From positions 98 through 64,097 of the forward strand of contig JBBISH010000020.1 of assembly GCA_037441385.1 (NCBI GenBank): DNA of 64,000 bases, given 5' to 3'. The stretch comes from Myxococcales bacterium (GTDB lineage Bacteria > Myxococcota_A > UBA9042). Numbering within the stretch: the stretch's first letter is position 1; each line of letters opens with the position of its first letter. The notes under the pieces were generated by a model, which was given only the letters and a program-made list of their open reading frames with translations, had not been told where the DNA came from and searched no databases. A program made the position numbers and the translations under genes. Shown here in pieces: positions 45,571 through 54,888 of the stretch.

Positions 45571-46622
45571 ATAGCAGCCTGCGCCAGTTGACCACGACCC
45601 TGCTGGCCGCCGCGCTCTTCAGCTTCCATGTCCACGTTTTGGCCGACGAGCCCAAGCCGGCGTGTCCGGGGCTGGTCCGCTTCGAGGGGCCGGCCATGGG
45701 GTCGTCGCTGCGGGTCGCGGTGTGTCCGCTCCAAGCCACGCCAGCTGGCGAAGCGGCGGCCAAGGCGGCCATCGGCGAAGTGCAGGCCGAGTTCGACCGC
45801 TTGGAGAAGCTGTGGTCTACCTGGGTGCCGACCAGCGACCTGGCGCGGTTGAATGCGGCGGCGGGCAAGCCCGTGGCGATTGCACCCGAAACCATGGCGC
45901 TTTTGCAGCGGGCCCTGCAGGGCAGCAAGCAGACCGGCGGTCTGTTCGACGTGACGTTTGCGCCGCTGGGCGAGCTATGGAAGTTCGACACGCCGCCGGG
46001 CAGCCACGAGCCGACCCGCCTGAAGCAATTGCCCAGCGCGGAGGCCGTGCAAGAGCGCTTGAAGCACGTGGGGTATCGCAACTTGCTGCTCGACCCCAAG
46101 AAGGGCACGGCGCAGCTGCGCGACCCGGCCGCGGCGGTGCATGTGGGCGGCATTGGCAAAGGCGCGGCGGTCGATCGGGCCGTTGCATTGTTGAAGGGCA
46201 AAGGGTTTTCGCAATTTGCCGTGCAGGCCGGCGGCGATCTCTATCTCGCAGGGCAAAATGGTCAGCGGCCGTGGCGGGTCGGCATCGCTCACCCACGCAA
46301 GCCCGGAGAAATCCTGGGGATGGTCCAGATCCACGACGCGGCGTTTTCGACCTCGGGCGACTACGAGCGCTATGCCATCCTGGACGGCAAGCGCTATCAC
46401 CACATCGTCGACCCGCGCAATGGTTGGCCAGCTATGGCGAGTCAAAGCGCGACGGTGCGCGCCAAGTCCGCGACCGACGCCGAGATTTTGACCAAGGCCA
46501 TCTTCATCTTGGGCGGCGAGGCCGGTGTGCGCCTGGCCGAAAAGATGGGCGCGCAGGCCGTGGTGGTCGACGCGAATGGGCAAGTCGTCAAGTCGGCTGG
46601 GATCCTGCTCGAAGGGCCGTAG
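45567..46622 (+). CDS. apbE: FAD:protein FMN transferase
   Basis: AMGS, SDLARLN, GLFDVT, GGIGKGAAVD, AGGDL, PWRVGI, STSGDYERY, RYHHIVDPRNG. Confidence 0.95.
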   Translation: MNSSLRQLTTTLLAAALFSFHVHVLADEPKPACPGLVRFEGPAMGSSLRVAVCPLQATPAGEAAAKAAIGEVQAEFDRLEKLWSTWVPTSDLARLNAAAGKPVAIAPETMALLQRALQGSKQTGGLFDVTFAPLGELWKFDTPPGSHEPTRLKQLPSAEAVQERLKHVGYRNLLLDPKKGTAQLRDPAAAVHVGGIGKGAAVDRAVALLKGKGFSQFAVQAGGDLYLAGQNGQRPWRVGIAHPRKPGEILGMVQIHDAAFSTSGDYERYAILDGKRYHHIVDPRNGWPAMASQSATVRAKSATDAEILTKAIFILGGEAGVRLAEKMGAQAVVVDANGQVVKSAGILLEGP

Positions 46623-46757
46623 ATCGTTGTTCTGGCTCGGATTCCGCTCGCTCTACCTCCCTACTTTACGCAGCGGAAGCCGTTCGCCGTGCCCACGGTG
46701 CCTTCCACGGTGTGTGTGCCGCGGTAGCTGGCGCGGTACAGGGTGGCCCCGCCAGCG
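46488..46757. repeat. 270-bp direct repeat, left copy (apbE 3' end, spacer, orphan 3' end of an FGE-domain gene)
   Basis: Matches 54619-54888 at offset 8131 with five mismatches that I counted. Confidence 0.95.
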
Positions 46758-46873
46758 TGGGCGTGACCTTGCCGTTCTGACGCGGTTCGCGCTGATTCGG
46801 CTCGACCACGGCGGCAATTATCCAGGCCCGCAGCGGGGATGTGACGGCACGCAGGGGTCGCAGGGGGCGAGGG

Positions 46874-47013
46874 TCTTGTACGAACCCCGTCTGATTCGCG
46901 CGTGTACGGTTCCGCTGACCTGGTCTGCAACCGGCGAGAATCAGGCGGGGACCTCGATTCGGGCCCGAAGAATTGCCGAAGTTTTCGAGCCGATTTGGAC
47001 GGAACTGGTATCA
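46874..47013 (-). repeat. Full-length copy of repeat family A, inverted
   Basis: Reverse complement begins TGATACCAGTTCCGTCCAAATCGGCTCGAAAAC and ends GAATCAGACGGGGTTCGTACAAGA. Confidence 0.9.
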
Positions 47014-47100
47014 GTAGGCCGCAATCCGTTGTGATCACGCCGCCGCGACGTGGATCAAGTCTGTTGTCCAGAGTTTCGGGCGCCAGTTTGACACCAGCTG

Positions 47101-50100
47101 CTACTGGGCGCAGCGGAACCCAGTGTCGGGACCCGATCCGTGGCTCGCGTCGCGATCCGAGAGGCGGAGTGCGCTTGGAGGGCTAAGGTAGCTGCCGCCG
47201 CGCCGGACGTGGTCGCCGCTCGCGCTCGACGCCGCGCCCTTTGGGCTCGAGCCCGGCGAGGTCGCGTAGTAGGCTGCGTCGTACCAGTCGGCGACCCACT
47301 CGGACACGTTGCCCGCCACGTCGAGCATCCCGTACGCGTTGTTTCCCGGCGGCTTGGAACCGAGTTGCAGCGAGGCCGACAGGCCGCAGTCACCATAGGC
47401 CGCAAGCGAGCAACTCGGCGCCGCGTCGCCCCAGGCGTAGGGCTTGCCTTCCAGGCCGCCGCGTGCGGCACGCTCCCACTCGGCCTCGCTCGGCAGCCGC
47501 TTGCCCTTCCACGCGCAATAGGCGTCGGCTTGCGCCCACGTCACGCAGTTGATGGGGAACGTGACCTTGCCAAAGTTGCAGCCGGCCGTGCTGCCGGGGG
47601 ACGGGCACTTGCCAGCGTCGACGCACCACTGGTACTGAATGAACGAGACCTCGTTCAAGTCGATGAAGAAGGCTGGCAATGTAATGGTATGGGGCGGCTT
47701 TTCGTCGGCCTCGCAGGCCAGGTCACCTGCGATGCAGCCCATCTCGAACTTGCCCGCCGGGATGTAGACCATGCCGCTGGGAGGAGTTGGCGTCCCCGAC
47801 ACGCACACGGCGCTCTTGCAGACCATCCCGGAGCCACAAGCCTGGCCATCCGCCGCCGGCGTGTGCTTGCAACCGGTTGTGTTGTCGCAACTATCCACCG
47901 TACAGGGCTCGCTGTCGTCGCAGCTGATGGCGCTCCCGCTGCACGTGCCGGCCGCGCAGGCGTCCGAGGTCGTGCAGGCGTCGCCGTCGTTGCAGGCGCC
48001 AGTAGTGGGCGCATGTGTGCACGCGCCGGTGTTGATGTTGCAGCCGTCGGTCGTGCAGGGGTCGTTGTCGTCGCAACTTCCTTTCTTCTCGCAACTGCCA
48101 CCACAGCCATCTGAACCACATGATTTCCCAGCACAGTTTGGCTTGCACGTCGCGAAGTCCACGTCCAACGTGTAGGCGCCCGCGCTCCCGGCCATGCCGT
48201 CTACGATGACGTGCCACGTCTGCCCCGCCTCGACGGGCACGTCGAAGCTTGCGTTCATGGCCGCCGGCACGAGGTTGCCGGGCACGCAGCTCTTGGTGAA
48301 CGCCGCGCAGTCCTGCTTGGCATAGGCGACCGCGTCGAATTGCGAGTGGACGGTGACCGAGAGCGTGCCGGTCTTCTTCGCGTCGTAGCGCCAGGCTTGA
48401 TCCGGCGAACCGACACCCTGTAATCCAGTAAAATCACAGAGGATCGCCGCATAGTCCCCGGCGCGCCCCAGCGTCGACTCCTTGGCGGTGAAGGGCAGCG
48501 TGCCGATCGCGAAGGGATCGGCGCAGGTGTCGCCCTTGGGGGTGACGCAGCTCTTCTGGTCCGGGCCGCAGACCTTGGTCGCCGGGCATGCGCCGCAGCT
48601 CTGCCCGCAGGTGTTGGGGCCGCAGACCTTGTCGCCGCAGGTGTTCTCGCAGCACGACTTCTGGTCGGGCGCGCAGCCAAACTCGCACGTGCCGCAGGTC
48701 CCGCCGCAGCCGTCGTCGCCGCAGACCTTGCCCTCGCAGTTCAGCTTGCACACCGAGACGTCGTAGGGGAGCTGTTCATTCGACCCTCCACCGCCTTCGG
48801 ACGCGACCCACTTGGACGTGGAAAACACGACGAGCCGATACGCGTGGTCCTTCTCCAGTGTGGCGGTCAGCGCCGCGTTGGCCATTGTGGCCGTGTCCGA
48901 GACGGCTTGGCCGAGGCAGGCCGCCAGCGTCTGGCCCGCGGCGCTGAAGGCGAGGGCGGGGCACTGGTCGACGAGCTCGACGCCCTTGATCGCCCCCTCA
49001 CCGCTCGCCACGAAGCGGTATTTGGCCGTGGTGGTGGGCGTGAAGCCAAGGATGACGCTGGCGTCGCCCCCCCAGGGCAAGACGGAGCCGGCAAGGGGCT
49101 GCCCACATGACGGCAATACGCCGATCGCGCTGGCCGCCAATACCGCGTCCACATGGAGCGTCGACGGGACCGCGGGAAAGGACAGCGGCGACTGGCACGC
49201 CGTTCCAGGCGCTTTGCAACGGCCCGCGACACACTGGGAGCCGGCCGCGCACGTCCCGCAAGCGTGTCCGCAGGCATCGAAGCCACAGTCCTCCGCGCCG
49301 CACGTCCCTTCGCAGTCGATGGTCAGGGTGTACGGGACCGTTCCATCCACGTTGCTCGCTACGCCGACCAACCCCTTCACGAACCACACGGTAGAGGTGC
49401 TTGCCGATGGCGTCGAGAGGCGGCAATTGGAATTGGCGCACTCCGACGGCTGGGAGATGGCACCGAAGACAGAGACCTTGGGCGAGTCGACGCTCGCGAC
49501 GACGGTCCCGTTCGTGGCGCGAATTTCGTACCAGTGCACGTAGCCCTGCGCGAAAGCGGTCTCGTCCGAGGCGCAGCCGAGATCGGCCTTCGGCGGCGCC
49601 GTCGTCGTGATCTTGAAGGGCAACGCCGTGACCTGAAACGGCTTTGAGCAGTCCTCCGCCGCACCTTGGCACGATCCATCGGGTCCGCCGCACCCATACC
49701 CTGCCGGGCAGACGAGCGGCGCGCCGGGCTTGCACTCGCCGCCTTGGCAGGTACTGGTGTCGTTGCAGGTTCGACCGTCGTCGCAGGCCGCGCCGTCGGC
49801 GAGCGTCTTGACCGCGCACTTGCCGGTCATCGGGTCGCAAAGGTTCCTGCGGCACGGCAAGTCGAAGGCCGTCTGGCAGGTCACCACCGAGCCCGGCTTG
49901 ATGCGGCACTGCCCCTGGTAGCATTCCCAGATGCCGTCGCAGATATTGCCCTTCATGCCGAAGCCGCAGTCGCCGTCTACCTTGCAGTTCGTGACGATGC
50001 CCGGGTCGCCCTTGCTGGGCTTGCCCACGTCTGGCTTGACGTCGCCCGTCGCGATGGCGTCCGCCGATCCGACCGTCATGTCAAAGGCGCTCTCTTTCGA

Positions 50101-50178
50101 CGCGTCGGCAAGCGCGCCGACGGTCAAGTTGCTGCAGCCCGCCATGGCCAGCGCGACGGCAACCCAAATAGCCTTCAT
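47101..50178 (-). CDS. Cys-rich lipoprotein with C-terminal FGE-sulfatase (SUMF1-like, C-type lectin fold) domain
   Basis: MKAIWVAVALAMAGC lipobox; CGDDGCGGTCG and CDDxxxCT repeats; RLPSEAEWERAARG, GNVSEWVAD, RGGS, GFRCA. Confidence 0.88.
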   Translation of the reverse strand: MKAIWVAVALAMAGCSNLTVGALADASKESAFDMTVGSADAIATGDVKPDVGKPSKGDPGIVTNCKVDGDCGFGMKGNICDGIWECYQGQCRIKPGSVVTCQTAFDLPCRRNLCDPMTGKCAVKTLADGAACDDGRTCNDTSTCQGGECKPGAPLVCPAGYGCGGPDGSCQGAAEDCSKPFQVTALPFKITTTAPPKADLGCASDETAFAQGYVHWYEIRATNGTVVASVDSPKVSVFGAISQPSECANSNCRLSTPSASTSTVWFVKGLVGVASNVDGTVPYTLTIDCEGTCGAEDCGFDACGHACGTCAAGSQCVAGRCKAPGTACQSPLSFPAVPSTLHVDAVLAASAIGVLPSCGQPLAGSVLPWGGDASVILGFTPTTTAKYRFVASGEGAIKGVELVDQCPALAFSAAGQTLAACLGQAVSDTATMANAALTATLEKDHAYRLVVFSTSKWVASEGGGGSNEQLPYDVSVCKLNCEGKVCGDDGCGGTCGTCEFGCAPDQKSCCENTCGDKVCGPNTCGQSCGACPATKVCGPDQKSCVTPKGDTCADPFAIGTLPFTAKESTLGRAGDYAAILCDFTGLQGVGSPDQAWRYDAKKTGTLSVTVHSQFDAVAYAKQDCAAFTKSCVPGNLVPAAMNASFDVPVEAGQTWHVIVDGMAGSAGAYTLDVDFATCKPNCAGKSCGSDGCGGSCEKKGSCDDNDPCTTDGCNINTGACTHAPTTGACNDGDACTTSDACAAGTCSGSAISCDDSEPCTVDSCDNTTGCKHTPAADGQACGSGMVCKSAVCVSGTPTPPSGMVYIPAGKFEMGCIAGDLACEADEKPPHTITLPAFFIDLNEVSFIQYQWCVDAGKCPSPGSTAGCNFGKVTFPINCVTWAQADAYCAWKGKRLPSEAEWERAARGGLEGKPYAWGDAAPSCSLAAYGDCGLSASLQLGSKPPGNNAYGMLDVAGNVSEWVADWYDAAYYATSPGSSPKGAASSASGDHVRRGGSYLSPPSALRLSDRDASHGSGPDTGFRCAQ

Positions 50179-50562
50179 GATTGGATACCTCTGCTGGCGC
50201 ACGTTGGCGCCGCGTACGGCCGGTCCAAGAAACCCGCCAAAATGGCCGTGGACCCCGTGGCTGCTCGGCCACCGCGCACGCATGGGGCGTGCAGACCCGA
50301 GCCCAGTCGGTACCGACCACAGCAACGGCCGCATCACACCCGCCAAATTGGACCTTCCTGCCACCGGCATCGAGCCTACGCCGCCGGCAGGCCCGAGTCA
50401 ACGGCCGGCTTCCAATTGAATTTACAGCAAAAATGCCCGCACGACCAAAGCTCCGCCGCGCTGCGCCAGAACGCCCCGGCTCGCGCCGCCTCGTCGTCCA
50501 CCGGCAGTTCGCCCAGCGGTTGGGCCTCGCAGTGAACATGAACCTTCCCGCCCTTCCTTTTC

Positions 50563-50591
50563 CCGTCATGCCGGCGAACGCCGGCACCCAG
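50563..50591 (+). repeat. REP-like hairpin CCGTCATGCCGGCGAACGCCGGCACCCAG
   Basis: Stem GCCGGC/GCCGGC with 4-nt loop; inverted partner at 54355-54383. Confidence 0.7.
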
Positions 50592-50934
50592 GCAGAAAGC
50601 CCTGATGGCGCAAGCATCTTGCCGCTGAGGGGCTTGCGTTGCTGCTAAATCCAAAACCCCGCTATTGGAAGTCAAACTTCCAATACGGCCGTGCACCAGG
50701 CAGGACGACCAGCAGGCAAAGCTCCGTGCGAGTTGGAAGTGTGTGATCTCCAACAGGTATCCGCTCCGTCACCGTCGCGGTTATTTCGATGGGGAAGCGC
50801 GAAAGTCGCGGTTAAGTCGGGAGAATTCGACCAACAACGTCCAGAGCGTGCCGAACTCGAAGCCGCACGAGTTGGCTGGCCGCACGGCCGGCCGCAGGCT
50901 GCCCTGAGCGCCAGTGCAGAGGCTCGCGCTACCG

Positions 50935-51116
50935 TGGAAGCGTGCCTTGCCAGTCACGCGTCAGGCATCCAGCCAGGCGCCGGGCGCGGTATGGTGCGGG
51001 TGGTCGACGAGACGGGCGAGGACTACATGTGTCCGCAAGCGGCGTTTCGGGTGCTTATACATGCTGACGGAAATCGAACATCACCGTTGTTTCGTCGCCG
51101 CGCGTCGGCCGAATAG
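50935..51116 (+). pseudogene. Remnant of a small hypothetical protein gene
   Basis: GMVRVVDETGEDYMCP resembles the RVIDESGEDYLYP motif of a widespread small-protein family; no convincing start. Confidence 0.4.
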
Positions 51117-51120
51117 GACG

Positions 51121-51185
51121 CGCGCTTGGCGACCCACCCAGCACGCAGCCAAACCGATGACGTTAGACATCGGTCAGGCTGTATA
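51121..51185 (-). repeat. Repeat family B copy without the family A insert
   Basis: Reverse complement TATACAGCCTGACCGATGTCTAACGTCATCGGTTTGGC...GCTGGGTGGGTCGCCAAGCGCG matches 19182-19200 joined to 19270-19328. Confidence 0.75.
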
Positions 51186-51255
51186 GCGAAGAGGACTCGC
51201 GAGTTCTGGAGCGGACCTTGGAGCGGCTGGCGGCGTAGGCAGCAACGAAATTGCC

Positions 51256-51405
51256 GGCGCGGCGCAGGCGCGCCCACCGCGAAACCGGGCGTAACCCGCA
51301 GGGCAGAGGCGCGATCGGGCCGCAGGCCCGCCGCGTCTCTGGGCGGGACGGCCAGCGGGCCGGTACGCCTAGCACGGGACCCGGCGCAGCCGGGGTTCGC
51401 CCTGG
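51256..51405. repeat. 150-bp multi-hairpin repeat (family C), copy 1
   Basis: Near-identical to 53857-54006; several internal inverted repeats. Confidence 0.9.
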
Positions 51406-51614
51406 GGCTGCTGTTCACCTGCTGGCGTCCGCTCTTGGGCAGCTCCGCGACGCCCGCGAAGCCGTCCTGCAGGTCGATCCCAGGACGCTGAATTGCAAGT
51501 GCCTGGCCGCAGTTACGCTTTGAAGATCGCGGACTTGAGATTCACTCTCAGCTCACGAGTCGCGCCCTTGCCGCGCCAACAGGCGACCTCTAGACTTTAG
51601 GGCGAGGTGACACG

Positions 51615-51800
51615 ATGCCTGCCCGCAAGAAAACCAACCCGAACCCGCCCAAGGCCGCCGCCAAGCGCCCGCCGCTGAAGGCGCTGCCTGCCGTCACGCC
51701 GGACGAGCCGGTGCCGGGGGTCTCGGACGAGTTCAGCGCCGCGTTCAATCGCGCCCATCGCCGCGACGACGAGATTCTCGAAGCGCTGCGCAAGGCGTGA
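51615..51800 (+). CDS. Small antitoxin (Phd-like position) of a Doc module
   Basis: GAGGT RBS; 61 aa; C-terminal helix RRDDEILEALRKA; abuts the doc gene. Confidence 0.7.
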   Translation: MPARKKTNPNPPKAAAKRPPLKALPAVTPDEPVPGVSDEFSAAFNRAHRRDDEILEALRKA

Positions 51801-52225
51801 CGATGCCGGTGCGCTACCTGACTGTGCCCGAGCTGCTTGCGACGAACCGCGAAGTCCTGCGGCGGTCCGGCGAAGGGGAGCACCCCGCCAAAGTTCCCTG
51901 CGTAGAGGCCACCGTGGCGCTGCCCCAGCAGGCGTTCTTTGGCCGCGACCTCTACCCTGATATCGCCGACAAGGCGGCCGCCTACCTGTACCACGTGACG
52001 CAGAAGCACTGCTTTGGCCAGGGCAACAAGCGCACCGGTTGGCTGGCGGCCAACATTTTTCTGGACTTGAACGGCTACACGCTCGCCGGCCCCGACTTCT
52101 CCAATGCGCGCGCCATCCGGCTCTGCCTCGCCATCGCCAAGGGCGCCTGCAGCATCGAGCAGGTGGCTACCTGGCTGCGGCGGCGAATTCGGTTGCAGCG
52201 GGTGACATTGCGCCGGGCCAAGTAG
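51797..52225 (+). CDS. doc: Doc/Fic-family toxin
   Basis: PQQAFFGRDLYPDIADKAAAYLY and motif HCFGQGNKRTG; start GTG 51797 or ATG 51803. Confidence 0.88.
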   Translation: MTMPVRYLTVPELLATNREVLRRSGEGEHPAKVPCVEATVALPQQAFFGRDLYPDIADKAAAYLYHVTQKHCFGQGNKRTGWLAANIFLDLNGYTLAGPDFSNARAIRLCLAIAKGACSIEQVATWLRRRIRLQRVTLRRAK

Positions 52226-52360
52226 CGTGGGAGCAGTTCTGGGCGGCGGACTTCACGGGGAACTTGGTGGCGTGGCGAAGCCTGCCGTGCGGCGCCGGAC
52301 GTGTTGCTGGTGGCCCAGGGTTCTCGGGTCGCGCGGCCTTGCGGGACGGAAGGTTGGGCT

Positions 52361-53236
52361 TCATCGCACCGTTGCCTGGCCACCTGGATTCGGTTTGTGC
52401 CCGTTGCCCGGCCCCTCCACATCCGGCACATCGGCCCGCGCTAGTTCGGTGCGCAGATAGGCCGCTCCCAGCTCGGCAAGTGCAGCCTGATGGCGATTGG
52501 CGAGTTGCCAAAGCCAAACGCAGGCTGGATCGGGCTCAACCCTGCAAGATAGCTCATTCTTGCGGCCATCGAACTCGCCGCCAAGGCTTCCGAATTCGAA
52601 TCTTCTCCAGTTGTCAGGTAGTTGCGCCAGGACTAGGGCGCTCCGCAGCAGCCGAACCGGCGCAGGAATTGGGCAATAGCCCGAATGTTCGGCCGCTCGC
52701 GCGCAGGCAACCAGGTCGAGCAGCAACTGCAGGTACGCATTCAGCAGCGCCTTCGCCTGAACAAGCGCAGTCGCTGGCGTGACCCGGTCGATGCACCATT
52801 TGGCCCAGTCCTCTACCGCGTCGCACGCCTTGGTATACCTCCAGGTCGAGGCCACCATGCCATGCTCTTCGGCCCAAAAGAGCAGCCATTGAAAGGCTTC
52901 CTCAGAAGGGTCGTCGCCGAGCAGCCTCGCGAGTTGAAAACCCGCGGCCACGGCGTACTCCCAAGGGGCTGGCCACGGCGGGTGGTCACCATCGGCCCTG
53001 TAGGCGGCGGCGAATTCGCCAAAGTCGCCCAGCGGCGGTGGCGTAGTTGGTGTATGCGGCGGGCCAAACAGTCGCGAAAGCTCCGCGGTCAGTAGCTTGT
53101 CGCGCAGCTGCAGCATGCGCTGGGCTTTGGCGGGTTTCCACCGGTAGGTATCCATGTAGTCCGGCACGGGCACGCGCCTAGATCTTTTGCCGCCGACCAG
53201 TCCGGGCTGGGTCTCGGCCGCGCGGGCAAATCCCAT
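52361..53236 (-). CDS. Hypothetical protein (start possibly 53155)
   Basis: Open frame with ordinary globular composition; no family recognised. Confidence 0.5.
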   Translation of the reverse strand: MGFARAAETQPGLVGGKRSRRVPVPDYMDTYRWKPAKAQRMLQLRDKLLTAELSRLFGPPHTPTTPPPLGDFGEFAAAYRADGDHPPWPAPWEYAVAAGFQLARLLGDDPSEEAFQWLLFWAEEHGMVASTWRYTKACDAVEDWAKWCIDRVTPATALVQAKALLNAYLQLLLDLVACARAAEHSGYCPIPAPVRLLRSALVLAQLPDNWRRFEFGSLGGEFDGRKNELSCRVEPDPACVWLWQLANRHQAALAELGAAYLRTELARADVPDVEGPGNGHKPNPGGQATVR

Positions 53237-53391
53237 CCTCTGCCGCCAACGGCCCTGAACCTAGATGAAGGTCTGAGGATTCTGCCGGATCGACGCCAGC
53301 AATGCTACCTGTACTTCGTTTGGGGGCAGCCGGTCCGCTGCGCGTGTGGTAGCGTGTGCCAGCCAGCCTTCCAGGCTGGGAGGAGGTGGAA

Positions 53392-53826
53392 GTGGCTGGA
53401 AGGTATCTGCTTGATGTTAGCCAGAGAGATGCCTTGGTTCGGCATGTGATGGATGCGCTAGCCGGCAACGCGCATGTGTCGTTCGAGGGCGATCTGTCTC
53501 AGGTCAGGTAGCCATTTGACGTCGCCGGTGCCGGAACCCAAGAGACCGCGGTGCTGAGGCGCAACACGATTTCGCCGGTTCTCGACTTCGTGGTGCTGCC
53601 GCTCGAGCCCGGTCACGTGGCGCTTTTCGCCGAAATCCTTGCGTCTGCCCGTGCCTTCAATCGCGACATCATCCACGTGCAGATCGAAAAGGCCGGGCGC
53701 TGGCAGTTCGGCGCCTATGACAACTTCCATCCCATCTGCGTCTCGTGGGTCGACGTCGACGCGGCGACGCTCGACAGGTTGAAAGCGAAGGGAATTCTGA
53801 AGTCGTACGAGTGGTGGCCCGAGTGA
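53392..53826 (+). pseudogene. Hypothetical protein gene interrupted by an in-frame amber codon
   Basis: GGAGGAGG RBS before GTG 53392; MDALAGNAHVSFEGDLSQVR, TAG at 53509-53511, then the same frame continues into the 53551-53826 ORF. Confidence 0.65.
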
Positions 53827-53856
53827 TGCAACTGCGGGAAGGCTGGCCGGGGCTGG

Positions 53857-54006
53857 GGCGCGGCGCGGCCGCGCACACCGCGAAACCGGGCGTAACCCGC
53901 AGGGCAGAGGCGCGATCGGGCCGCAGGCCCGGCGCGTCTCTGGGCGGGACGGCCACCTGGCCGGCACGCCTAGCACGGGACCCGGCGCAGCCGGGGTTCG
54001 CCCTGG
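53857..54006. repeat. 150-bp multi-hairpin repeat (family C), copy 2
   Basis: Direct repeat of 51256-51405. Confidence 0.9.
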
Positions 54007-54354
54007 AGAACCGTTCACTCATGGACAGCCCCAGGACCCTCGCCGCGCCGACCTGCGGGTCGATTCCCAAGAATGCCTCGAAGGGTATCGTGTCTAGCCT
54101 GGTGGAGACGGACATGATTCGGATGGGGATGGGACCCTGGACGCGGCGTCGATCGGCTTGAAGATTTAGTGGATTGCTGGATCGATTGGTGGAGTCTATC
54201 CGTAGCGAGCTGTTGGGAATGTGGGCCGGCGAGTCAACTCGCAACTACAGATACCAAGGTCCACCGCGCGGCCGGCCGGCGGCCCGCCTCCTTGTGCGGC
54301 TTCGGCTGGGGGTGGTGCGTGCGGCAAGCCCGACGAGAATTCGGTGCGAACTTA

Positions 54355-54383
54355 CTGGGTACCGGCTTTCGCCGGTATGACGG
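54355..54383 (-). repeat. REP-like hairpin, inverted partner of 50563-50591
   Basis: Reverse complement CCGTCATACCGGCGAAAGCCGGTACCCAG. Confidence 0.7.
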
Positions 54384-54618
54384 TGGGAGCGGAACTGGGT
54401 GTGCAGCCAGTGAAATCGGCGGTGCAGGGCACCCTCTTCGGGTTGGCGGCGCTCGTAGGTACACGACGGCCGAAGCGGCGGCACCAGGGTGGAAGCGGCG
54501 GCGATGGCAGACAGTGCGCCCATCGATCAGTGGATCGACGCGAGCAGCAGTCGCTGCCAAAGGCGCGCAACCCAGCACCGTTGCCGCACTTCCGGTGGTA
54601 GCCCTGGGGGCGCTGCAC

Positions 54619-54888
54619 TTGACCAAGGCCATCTTCATCTTGGGCGGCGAGGCCGGTGTGCGCCTGGCCGAAAAGATGGGCGCGCAGGCCGTGGTGGTCG
54701 ACGCGAATGGGCAAGTCGTCAAGTCGGCTGGGATCCTGCTCGAAGGGCCGTAGATCGTTGTTCTAGCGCGGATTCCGCTCGCTCTGCCTCCCTACTTTAC
54801 GCAGCGGAAGCCGTTCGCCGTGCCCACGGTGCCTTCTACGGTGTGCGTGCCGCGGTAGCTGGCGCGGTACAGGGTGGCCCCGCCAGCG
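54619..54888. repeat. 270-bp direct repeat, right copy (orphan apbE 3' end, spacer, functional 3' end of the FGE gene)
   Basis: Matches 46488-46757. Confidence 0.95.

Larger units (their letters stand above)
46758..54618. mobile_element. Inserted accessory segment bounded by 270-bp direct repeats (no integrase seen)
   Basis: Long direct repeats at both ends; carries a toxin-antitoxin pair, gene remnants and several small repeats. Confidence 0.65.

Noticed and set aside
39629-53511. Amber recoding or pyrrolysine, suggested by two in-frame TAGs
   Set aside because: Many intact genes here end in TAG at the expected family C-terminus, and the CHAT gene also has a frameshift; decay is simpler.
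54169-54753. Second apbE gene
   Set aside because: Only the last 44 codons match apbE (the direct repeat); the rest of the ORF is unrelated non-coding sequence.
46661-54888. Diversity-generating retroelement (duplicate of the 3' end of an FGE/C-lectin-fold gene as template repeat)
   Set aside because: Mismatches are few, not adenine-specific and synonymous in the coding part; the repeat extends into apbE; no reverse transcriptase in the window.
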